From the NCBI GenBank assembly GCA_036172245.1, contig JAYWIR010000074.1, positions 124,001 to 188,000 on the forward strand: 64,000 nucleotides of DNA, written 5' to 3'. The first letter of the stretch is position 1. Every line of letters starts with the position of its first letter. The notes beneath the pieces are model-generated. The model was given only the letters and a program-made list of their open reading frames with translations. It did no database searches and was not told where the DNA came from. Both the position numbers and the translations under genes were made by a program. Source of the DNA: Raillietiella orientalis (lineage: Eukaryota). Positions 11,800 through 23,180 of the stretch are shown one piece after another.

Positions 11800-14271
11800 A
11801 TTTCAATCGAGTGCGGACGTGTTTTTCTTCGCTGTCGTCTCCGTGCTTTCATCCGCTTCATCTTGGCGTCGTACATTTTGACGACGAAGTCGACCCAACC
11901 CGAAGCTACTGAAGTTGGAGAAACAGCATAGGGATCTGCAATCGCGGAACCGACGGCCGTCTCCACTTCGTCTTACTCGCCAATAGAGAGGAGTTTTGCT
12001 GACGTTGACGCCACAGAAGCCGAAAAAGGGAAACCAGTCGACGAGTCGGAGTTGCGGGCATACGTAGCCCAAGGCTATAGACCAGCTCTCCGATATCAGG
12101 TGAGTAATCTTCTTTCTGCGCGCGACGGGAATCAGTTCAACGAGGAACTGATCCGTGTTGGCGTGCGGGAGGAGGACCTTCTCGCTATTATGCCCGTAAA
12201 AGACATGGGCTATTTCAAGGAGCGTTGCAAAGACGCTGCACTTGTGGAACGCTTGTTGCGCACCCCGTTGTCGATGCGTGGCCAGAAGGTCTTCCCGGCC
12301 GCCATGGAGGACTCATTTGTGGTGGAGATTTTCGACATCGAGTAGGAAATCTCGGATATTGATATTCGGAACGCGTTGGCGAAATTCGCCACGGTCCATG
12401 CGCTGTGGAGGGTGCGTAGCAACCTCAAGGACTTCCCGTCCATACAGAGCGGAGTCGCTGGATTCCCGCTTACAATGCCGGACCGCCGTCTGCTGCCCAC
12501 CAAACTACAGGTGAAAGACACGGTCGTTCACCTGTGGTTCGTGGGCAAAGTAAGAACGTGCGAGCAATGCGGGAAGGAGGGGCATTGTTTGGATAAATTC
12601 CCCTTTGGAAAATGCCGTTATTGCAAACTATCCGGGCACTAATTGAAAAATTGCCCGGATCTTTTGCGAAAAAAGGCAGCCGCAAAGCTCTATCTTAAAA
12701 AACAAAGCGCGGATAGATAGAAAAAATCTGCGAAAAACCTGGAGAACCCACGGCAGAAATTTCGAAAAAACGCGAGGCGGAATGTCGCCCCAAAGCAGCA
12801 GGAAACCTCGCTCGCGAAGCCCTGCGCGCCCTTTCTCGCGGCAGGGGAGCCGCAAAAGAAAGGGTGCGGGGAATCCGAGGCAATGGTAAGTCCCCCTAGG
12901 CGCAATAGCTGTCCTTCCCAAGCACGCCTGGCTCTTTCGGAGTTCGAGCAACCTGGCGGGGACGTCAATGGACAGCGGCGGTAAGGACACTTCCAGTACC
13001 GTCAGATCCATTCCTTCACCTCCTGAAGTGGCTGAGAAGCCCAAATCGGTTAGGAAGTGTTGTGCCGTGTCGACTTCTAAAGTCGGCAAAAAAAAATCTG
13101 CGTCGCGATCCAACACCGCGAAAGCAGAGAGAAATCTCACACTGTCGCAGTCGGAGAGCAAGCTCTTGACTGGCGCGGATGCCATGCCTACGAAGGGATA
13201 AAAGCCCTTCCGAAGGCAGCGTCCATGACGAGCGTGTCGGAGGCATCGAAACTACTCCCGTTTAAAGACGCGGATGGCTTCAAAGATGGCAATGGAGCTA
13301 AATCTCCTTTTACGGCGCCACGCGAAGTGACGAACCGCAATGAAGTAAAGAAAACTTCAGCAAAGGTCCCTCGTGCAACTGCGCGTGAGCACGCTGAAAA
13401 CGCGCGCGCCGGGAAAGCAGCCGTCACCGAAAGCGATGCTCTGGATATGGAAAAAGACAACAGGACAGTTCGCTGCTCCCTCTTGCTTGGAAAGAAGCTG
13501 TGCTGCTTTTCGTTTACTGGGGTTTTCAGTGCAACGAGCGTTGGCATCGTGACTCCGGGGGACTTGCGTATGCGAACTGCGTTGGGTTCGGATCGACGGA
13601 GTGGATTCCGCACCTACTTCTGGACTGCGGTGTCCCACAAGGACTGTGGCGTAGGCTGGCAACAGCACTAATGCATCCCGTGGACGCCGCAAGAGACTTG
13701 CTGCGACGATTCTTCACGCCGAGCGGGCTGTCACTAAGCGCAAGGATTGCAACCATCGGTTGCAAACGCGCGATAGTTTCCGTCGGCCAGGCGTTGGTAA
13801 TCAACGGACAGCACCAAGAGGTAATCAGCAAAGCATCCTTCTACATGGGAGCTTCCGCTAGATGGCCTCATTTGACAGAGGAGACAAAAAGGAATCTCGC
13901 CGCAATACACTGCCGGTTTACACACCCTTAGCAGCGGACAACCCGGTGATCATTGCCCTACCCTCCATAAACAAATTTTGTATTTTCTTTTTACACCTGC
14001 GTCCCCATAGGCTCCGAAGCATTTTAGGTGCTCATCGTTTAAATCCCCGTGAGTACGGAGCCTAACCAAAAACCCGTTAACCTTCCCTCGAGGTTTTGAT
14101 TTTTGTTTGTTTCCCCTCATTCCTCCCACGCTGCGAGCGGTTTGTTTACCAGGCCTGCGTGCCAATAACTTTTCTATGTTCTCTGTCGTTTTGTTGGTTG
14201 AGGACATTGTCTCTGACCAGTTTATTATTATTAATAAACGCCCCGGCGTGACCGGGTGATAAATTTCAATC
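11800..14271. repeat. 9-bp TSD ATTTCAATC (11800-11808 and 14263-14271) flanking B2
   Basis: Exact direct repeat; the same 9-mer in reverse (gattgaaat 5231-5239) borders B1. Confidence 0.9.
11809..14262 (+). mobile_element. Family B copy B2: internally deleted element (decayed ORF1 joined to the extreme C-terminus of ORF2; no EN, no RT)
   Basis: 11809-13470 is colinear with B1 (5230-3575); it then jumps to LLFVYWGFQCN...PHLLLDCG (13500-13931); AATAAA 14233 plus hairpin; perfect TSD. Confidence 0.9.
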
Positions 14272-15994
14272 TCCGTCTGCTAACAGGTGAGCCAGAAACA
14301 CAAGAGAACGCGATGAACGAGTTGTGCGTCGCCATGCGTGCGGGCAACTTGTTCGAGGGTGAGAGGGGAATGGTCCGCAGCAACGACCACGTCTTCCTCG
14401 ACGCTGACCTGTCTTCACGGGTCGGCAAACAAAGGAGGGTTGCGTCGACGTTGTCGGACCATTCCCGGTTGATTTTCAAGATGCGGCTTCGCGACAAGAG
14501 ACCGCCATCCAGGGATTGGCGTCTGGCGAGGGAGTGGACGCGACTCCCTGGTGCGAAGGAACACCTTCGCGAATACCTGAGAGGCGTCACGCTCCGGAAT
14601 CTCCATTGAAACCCGGGTGCGCTGGGACGTTTATTCTCACGAATAAACCCATACAAACAGTGACTGGACCAGTAGTCCAGCCACGCCCTGTAAAGATATA
14701 GTTTGCCTGGCTACCGGTGCGCAGGTCGGAGCGGGCAACCTCGGCATCAGAGGGGAGGGGGAACGAAACAAAAAGAAAACAAAAAATAAACAAAAATCAG
14801 GGAGGGAGCGGGAAGGGATCACAGTCTGCTGGGTGGGTCCGTCATCCTCTTGAAGATGCCGGCAAGCTGTTTCTGCGTGTGTGGTTTCAGATGGGGCCAT
14901 CGATTCGCCACCCTGAGGAAACGGGCGGCATACCCGTTGGCATCCCTGTCGCTGGATCCTTCCGTCGCTTTGCTCCATGCCACGACGATCCCCCGTAGGC
15001 AGCACAGGGCTGCAAGCGAGGCCGCTGGAGGCAGGGCGTCACGGACAAAGAGCGTCTCTGATGTTGCCTCCGGGGATCCCCAGGGCTGCGGCAAAGCGTT
15101 CTCACAAGTGACGGAGGGCAACACAATCCACTAACAGGTGGGGGAGGTATTCACTCTCCCCGCACCTGACACAATTAGGGTTGACACCCCCCCGCGTCCA
15201 GAGGTGTCGGCGGGCGTTACAAGGAAGCCCCCAATAAAACACCAGCAGTGCCGACTGTTGCCACTCCACAATGAGGGTGCGCTAGTCCATGAGCACCGGG
15301 GGCCACTCGAGATGTTCCTCTGGAACATCCAGTTGCTCTCCCCATCGCAACAGTCCATTTGGGGTGGTCCTCGGGGTCGCAGCGTTAGTGAGCTGACCCG
15401 TTTTCCAATCCCCGATTTTCTTTGCCCTGCTGGCGATCTTGACAGTAACCTCCCATTGTGCCGCTACGTCGCTGATCAGATGTTCCCGTAGGGAGAGCAA
15501 TACCGCAGCAAGGGAATGTCTTTGTGCCCACGCTCTCCTTCGGGGATTCTCGATGATTTCTCGGAGCGTGCGGTGGGCATGAGACCCGAACAGAGCTATT
15601 CGCTCGTGTTGCGGGATCTGCTCCTGAATCATCGCTCACGTGCGGACGGTTTCCTGCAACCAGGCAGGACCGTTCACGGTGCGTACGAGGATCCGGTCCG
15701 AGTTGTTCTTCAGGAGCTTGGCCGCCCTCCGAAGTTGAAGTCCGCAGTGGCAGATGGGGATTCGAAGTGCAAAGTAGCACGAGAGTCTCGCATTGCCGGT
15801 GGCCCGCTCGACGAGGAGTCGTCCAGGGAGGCACCAAGGGGTGCACCAATTTTCTGCCATAAAGGCAAAAACTCGGAACTGGAGCTGTAGCTCCAGCCGC
15901 TCCAACGTCAGGAGGCCCAGACCACCATCCCGACGAGGAGCGCACAAGTCCGAAAGACGGACTCGGTGCCTCCCTCTGCCCCAAAGGGCGATCC

Positions 15995-17320
15995 TCAGGA
16001 GGTCCTTCGTCCTCTTCTTTGACTCCGCTGAGGGGTGCAAAAAAAAAGCAAGGGGCGAAGGAGGCGGGCCGCAAACGCGTTCCACGCCGCGGTCCGTTCC
16101 TGCAGGGAGACCCTGCCGTCATGGAACGGGCCGATAGCCGCCTGAGCCTTCCGAAGACAGCCGGACCACGCTTCCGCAGGGGAGTAATCCCCCAACGGCA
16201 CACCAAGGTACTTGAAGTACCTCACCGTGGGGATCCCCAATCGGACCCAGTCCTGCTGCCCTACCCACGCCGCTCCGACTGGCATTACGGACGACTTCGC
16301 CCTGTTCACCGTCAGTCTGGTTCCCCGACTCAGCAGGTCGAAGAACTCCTCGTCCGCCGCAGCCGGTGTGGACATAGGCAGCAGCAGCAGAAGGTCGTCC
16401 GCGTACGCCGAAACCGCAGGCGTACCGGAACAATCGCACGGCAGGTGCGCCAGAGTCTCCCTGTACGCTCTCAGCAACAATTCGAAATAGGCGCTGAAGA
16501 GCAAGGGGCTGAGGCTGTCTCCCTGCCGTATGCCGCGTCGCACCGGTACGCCGTGCTCGGTGGATCTTCTAAAAAAAACATTAATAAGCGCGTCGCGCCA
16601 GCTGGAGCGCAGGTAGACCACCAAAGAGGCCGGGAAGCCCAAGCATTCCAGAAGAACCAAAAGGAGATTCTGGTCGACGCAATCGAATGCTTTATGCAAA
16701 TCGACTGCGACCGCGAGGTCTCCTCTCCCCTTTCGACCATCCCGTCCCCCACCGACGGCCGCACCGGAATTCCGGTTGCTTATTATGCTCCTTCCTTGTT
16801 GGAGCTCTAACCATGTGGAAGCGTAAAACAGGTTCGCCTCCATACTTCGCCCGGGAACAGCATATGTCTGTTCCGAGCTGATGAAGATGTTGGCGACCCG
16901 TCCCAAACGCTCTGCCCACAGCTTGGCTAGCAACTTGGCGTCCGCATTCACTATTGTGATGGGACGCCAGTTTTTCATGCTCCTAAGGTCTCCTCCCTTA
17001 GGGAGGAGCCGCACCTTTGCTGAACGAAACGAGGTGGGAACGTCACCTGTTCCGCGGATCGGCAAGGTGAGCTGATGTACCAGGAGAGTGAGCTCTGCCG
17101 CTAAAGTTTGATAAAATTCCGCAGGCAGGCCGTCCTCCCCTGGAGCCTTTCGCCTTTTGAGCTCTCCGATGGCCGAGATGATCTCGCCCATCGTGAAAGG
17201 CTCGTCGAGGTTCCTTTTCTCCTCCTCCCCGATTGCTTGAGCACCTTCCGGAAGCAGGAGTCGTGAGACAGCCTGCTCCGGAGGCGCCCTGGCGTACAGG
17301 GAGGAGTAAAATTTACTCAC
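15995..17320 (-). pseudogene. Element E reverse transcriptase core (frameshifted at both ends)
   Basis: KAPGEDG, WRPITIVN, VDLHKAFD, GIRQGDSLSP, YADD, KYLG. Confidence 0.88.
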
Positions 17321-17498
17321 TATCCAGGTTTCTCAGTGGGAACTGAGTGCTCCCGGCCCTTGTTGTCCAGCAAGCTGGCCGACCCGGATTGCCAGGCTTG
17401 CCTCTCGGCTCCCGCTCGATACTCTGCTATCCTGCGCATGTCGGGGGTTCTCGCGTAACGTCGGGCCTGAAGATAGCGCCTTTCGTTACGCGGCCCCT

Positions 17499-20400
17499 CC
17501 CCAAATCCCTCTCCTCGAGAGCGGACGTGTTTTTCCGACGCTCCGCGAACGAGCAGAGGAAAGCGGTTTTTGTTTGGTTCAGTGTGAGGTTTATCACATC
17601 GTTGGTGTTCGATGGCATCGCTGCCAGAGGACAAAACGATGGAGGTAGGCGTGAGGGAGGCTAGCCCCCTCCACGACCTACAGAATCAGGGGCATCCGTC
17701 CCGGAATCGCCCTCGTCGCCCAAGACGAGGAGCTGGAGCGCCATGGTCGCCGCGCCGAGCGCGGAAACCTTGGCTGAGCAAACGGCCTACAGGGCCTCCG
17801 GATATAAACCATCCCTGGTTTATAAGGTAGGAAACCTGTTCGACGGTCGCACCGCGCGTGCCTTCAGCAAGGCACTACAGGAATTCCCCGTGTGTGAGGA
17901 GGATTTTGACGGCCTCGACGTACTCAGCGGGGGGCAACGCGTGGAGGTCTTCTGCAAAGACGTAGCCCTAGCGCAGCGCCTCATCAACACCCCGCTGAAT
18001 GTGGCTGGCCGAAAGATCCTACCCGTTAGCATGGACCGCTCCGTAGTGATCCATCTCACGGAGATCACGAACCGCATGACGCGCTCTGCGGTGAACGCGG
18101 AGTTGAAAAAATACGGAGATGTGCACGCGCTGTGGCGAAAGCCAACCATTTTTGACGGCTATAACAGCCTCTTTGGTGGCCAGGCAACAGCGCGTGTCAC
18201 TGTGAACGAGGGTGCTGAATTACCCCACAAACTGGAGGTCGGGTAGGAGCCCGTCGACCTCTGGTACGTAAGGAAACCCCGCTATTGTGGCTACTGCGAT
18301 GCAGTAGGGCATGTGCGCAGGCGGTGCCCGAATATCGAGTGCCACTTGTGCGGGGAAAAGGGACACGTCCGTCGTGTGTGCCCTAAACGCCCCATTCCGG
18401 TGCCACCTGCTGCCAAAAAGGCACAGGTGAAAACGATGAATAAGGTCGAAAGACCTCATCGCGCGAATATCCGGCCCCAGAAGCCTTCCCCTCCTCCATC
18501 AACCCAGGCGGCAGCGGAAAAAACCGCGAAACACGCGGGCGAGGAAGAAGGATGGACGCTGGTAAAGGCCAGAAAAGAACCCAAAAAGGGTTCACAAGAG
18601 AAGGCGGAGAAAAAGTCGGTCGCGAAGGCGAAAAAACCTGGTCCGCGATCTAAAACTCTCCGCGAGTGCTCGGTAGCACTGGAGCGCATCAACGTTCCCG
18701 AGGCTGCCACCCGGGGCGACGAGCCTCCCCTCGTCGTTTCCGCCGCGCCCGAGGTTCGCGACGGCGAACCCTCTGTTTGCACAGAGGGTGAGACGCGCGA
18801 CGCGCTCGCCGCCGGCGAGGACGCCGCCTTCGCGAAGGCGGCGGAGGAGCTCGCGGCCACGCAGGCTGAGCGTGAGAACCCCTCGCGCAAGGCCGTGCGA
18901 AGGCCGGCTCCGCCGAAGCAGGCCCCCGCAGGTGATTGCGATCTGGGGGCCGGAAGTGCATCCTCCTCCTCGGAGGCATCCCCCCGGAAGACGGGACGCA
19001 AGTCCCAAAAGCCGAGGAAGCGCCTCCCCTCCACGAGCGAGGAGGAGAAGCTGGAAGTCGCCGGCAGCGTGGGAATCCCGGAGGGGGAGCTCCCACGCGC
19101 GGAAGCCGTCGAGCAGGACACCCCCATGGAGGAGGGTGAGCAGGGGGGCGAAATCCCCCCTGCCGTCGCGGACCCTGAGGAGCCCACTTCTATGGAGGAG
19201 GGCCAGAAGGTAGGCGCGACCCCACCTGAGGGTGAACCGCCCGACGCGCCGTCACCGATGGAAAAGGGTGGCCAGGTGATAGAGTAACCTGTCCCTCCTC
19301 CTTCACCTAGCGTCCCGCCCCAACAGTTGGCGGACGCCGCACAACCGATTTCCAGGAATAACACCTGGGCTCGCCTGTCGCCGTCGAATCCGCGTGGCCA
19401 GTTGGAACGTCAACGGGCTGCGCGACGACGGCCACAGACGAGATACGGCCGACACCCTGCGTGACTTTCACCTGGCCCTGCTGCAGGAGATGCACGTGAT
19501 CACCTCGACAGACGTCCAGGAGATCGGAGCGATCGCGGGGGGTCGACTGTATTGGCGATGCGGCGCCCGCAACACCTGCGGGGTCGCGTTCTTCGTCAAG
19601 CCGGCCATCGACGCTGCCGTGAAGGGCGTACGCTTTGATAACGACGGTCGGGTCGGTCAGCTGATTCTCAGCTGGTCCGACTCGATCGAATTGATCGTCA
19701 CGAACGTGTACGCCCCGAGCGGAAAAGGGGGATACAGCGACCGTACCAGGCTACTGGAAACCCTGAAGCGCGATTGGCTGGCCGACACGAATGTGCGGAA
19801 GGCACAAGTGATAGCTGGAGACTTCAATCTCCGTCTGCTATCAGGTGAGCACGAAGCACAAGAACGCACGGCCAACGAGTTGTGCGCTGCCATGCGCACG
19901 CGCAACTTGTTGGCAGACGCGGAGGGAATGGACCGCAGCATCGACCACTTCTTCGTGGATGTCGACCTGTGCTCACGGGTCGGCAAACGGGGAAAAGTTG
20001 CGTCGACGCTGTCGGACCATTCCAGGATCATCGCCGAGGTTTGCCCGCGCGACAAAGGACCCCCGTCCAGGGCGCGGCGGCTGCCTGGGGACTGGACGCT
20101 GCTCTCAAGGTGCGAAAGAACACCTTCGCGAATTCCTGAGAGGCGTCACCCTCCGCAGTCTCCAAGACTAGTACCTCTTCAAGGCCACGGTCCGCGAGTT
20201 CTGGGAGGAGTTTCCCCTGCACCGCCTGCCCCCCGGATTCGGGGAGGGAGCTCGGAACCATCGGGCTTATCTACAGGCCCGCCGGTGCGAGAGGACCCCG
20301 AATGTCCGTCGCCTAGCGGAATATCGAGCCGGGGCCGAACGCCAAGCCTGGCAATCCGGGTCGGCCAGCTTGCTGGACGACCAGGGCCGGGAGCGATCCG

Positions 20401-23180
20401 CCCCACCCGCGATCAGGCACCTCGTGCGACGTTACTACTCCTGCCTCTACGCTAGGGCACCCCCAGAGCGGAACGCATCGCGGCTCCTGCTCCCGGATGG
20501 AGCCCCGGCAATAGGGTAGGAGGAGAAGATCAGCCTCGATGAGCCTTTTTCTACCGGTGAAATTCTCGCCGGTATTAAAAGGCTCAAGAGGCGAAAGGTG
20601 CCAGGGGAGGACGGCCTGCCTGCGGAATTCTTTCAATGTTTTGCGGCAGAGCTGGCACCCCTGGTGCTTCAGTTGACCGGGCTGATCCGAGACGAAGGCG
20701 ACGTTCCCGCCTCGTTTCGGTCAGCCCGTGTGAGGCTCCTCCCGAAGGAAGGAGAGCTGAGATCCTTGGGCAATTCGCGTCCGATCACAATGGTGAATAC
20801 GGACGCCAAGCTGATCGCTGGACTGTGGGCTTTGCGTCTAGGACAGGTGGCAGACTCCATAATTTGCCCGGAGCAGACGTACGCTGTTCCCGGGCGAAGT
20901 TAGGATGCCAACCTGTTCTTCGCGAGCACATGGTTCCATGTGCAGCGCTGCCTGAACGACACAGGGGGAAAGATTGGCAACCCCACTTTGGGACCGCCAG
21001 CTGGGCTAAGAATGGATACCCGGGCTGGGAAAGGAGCCCTAGCAATCGCGGTCGATCTCCACAAGGCGTTCGACTGCGTAGACCAGGAGCTACTGTTGGA
21101 GCTCCTGGGTCGCATGGGCTTCCCACCCTCCCTTCTCTCCTACCTGCGCTCATGCTGGCGCAATGCCATTGTCAACATCGTCTTTTCCAGCCAACAGGTG
21201 TACGGCGTGCCGGTGCGGCGGGGCATACGGCAGGGCGATAGCCTCAGTCCCCTGCTCTTCAGCACCTACTTTGAGTTGGTGCTGAGAGCGTACAGGGTGA
21301 CTTTGGCTGCCCTGCCCAGCTCGTGCCCCGGCACGCCCGCCGTTGCAGCATACGCCGACGATCTTCTGCTCATGTTGCCCATGTCCGCACCGGCAGCCGC
21401 AGTCGAGGAATTCTTCGACGTGCTAAGTCGTGGGACTAGACTGCGGGTAAACAAGGCGAAGTCGGCGGTCGTACCGGTCGGTGCGACATGGGTCGGACGG
21501 CCTGACTGGATCCTCTTGGGGATCCCCACGGCCAGGTACCTGAAGTACCTGGGTGTCTTGTTGGGGGACTTCTGCCTCGCAGAAGCCTGGTCAGGTCGTC
21601 TCCAGAAGGTAGAGTTGGCAATCGGCCCGTTCCTGGAAGGCAAGTTCCTTCTGCCGGAACGGGCCGCGGTGTGGAACGCCTTCGCAGCTCCCATTCTCCG
21701 CCCCCTGCTTTTTGTGTGCCCCGTCCCCCGTGAGGTTAAAAAGAGGACAAAAGACCTACTCCGCATCGCCCTCTGGGGCAGCGGGAGGCCACGTGTGCCT
21801 CTGGATGATTTATGCGCTCCTCGTCGAAACGGCGGTCTCGGCCTCCTGACGCTGGAGCGCCTGGAAATACAGCTGCGATTGCGCACCCTCGCCATCGCAG
21901 CAAAGTCATGAAGCACTTCTTGGTGCGTTCCGGCCCGAATCCTCGCCAGCCGTGTGTCCAGGACGCAAGGACTCTTGTCGTACTTTCTGTGCTCCAGCAG
22001 GAAGGTGAGAAGATGCGGCCTTCTTCTTAAGCGCACGGAAGCCCTGATCAGAGACAACGGCTGGACGGTATGCAGCCCCGCCAACTCCTCCGCCTGGCTG
22101 AGGAATCAGTTGCGACGTGGGCCAAGCTGAACCTCCAGACTTCCCCGGACTGGAACCGCCTGCGATTCGGCCCCAACGCCCGCTGCACACTGCGGACTAC
22201 TCTGGAGTGTCCCGCCAGGAGCACGTGGGCAGAGACCACCTCTCTAGCTTCGACCCTGTTCTTCCTCCGGAGGGCTTTATCCAGCGGCCGCAAGCCAAAG
22301 TGGCAAGTCTCCTGCCGAATCGCAGTCAAGGAGAAGAAGATGAGCGGTTGGACCATGGGAGAACAGGCGGATGCCACGACCCCGAGTGCCCTCCCTCGTG
22401 GACTTCGTCGATTTGGCGAGCTGCTCGGCATCCCGACGGATGACCTGAAGTGGCCCCCAATACTGATAGGATCCAGGCTTCTCCCCCTGAAGTGGCAAGA
22501 GTCGGCGATGCTGCTGTTGCACTGGGGTCTACCCTGCAACGCGCGCCGCTTCCACTGGACGCGGGGAAGTGTAAGGCCTGATTGTGCCAGATGTGGGGAG
22601 CGGAAATCGCTCCCCCACCTACTAGCTGACTTTGCTGCCCTACAACCCCTGTGGGAACGGTTCTGGACGACCTTCGGGCTCCCAACAGGCAGCGCGCCCG
22701 GAGACGTTCTTCAGCCCCTCTTCGTGCGGGACGCCCTGCATCCCGCCGCAGCCCTCGCAGCCCTCTGCTGCATCCGGGGCATCGTGGCGGCCTGGAGCGA
22801 CATTCGCGACGAAGGAGTGGATGCCAACGTGAGGGATGTCAACCCGTATGCGGTCTGCTTCATGCGGAGAGCAGCGAGATGGCCCCATCTGGGAAACATA
22901 AAGATGGACCTAGAGGGCATGCTGCGTAGGATGGACCCTCCTCTAAGTGGAACGTGATTCCCTCTTCTCCCTCCAAACTCTTTTTTGTTTTCCTTATCTT
23001 TATTTTTCTTTTTGTTTTGATCCCTATCCCCCTCCACTGCCGACGAGCGTCGCGCCGGGCTGCGTCCCGGCGTCCCGGCAGGTCCGGTGTTGTGTGGCCG
23101 TTAGTGGGGTCTCGTACCACGTTTATGTAGAGTTTTTTCAATAAACGCCCGGGCGTACCCGGGTGACAACCCCAAATCCC
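17499..23180. repeat. 11-bp TSD CCCCAAATCCC (17499-17509 and 23170-23180) flanking the inner A copy
   Basis: Exact direct repeat; removing the insert restores host E protein LPAGFGEGPRNERRYLQAR on the minus strand. Confidence 0.9.
17516..23169 (+). mobile_element. Family A (second subfamily), full-length uninterrupted copy of about 5.65 kb with stops and frameshifts
   Basis: 5' end cgagagcggacgtgttttt; ORF1 pieces 17612-19287 with CCHC knuckles; EN from about 19361 (WNVNG, LQEMH, GDFN, SDH); RT 20940-21911 (YADD); C-terminus 22070-22957; AATAAA 23140 plus hairpin. Confidence 0.9.
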
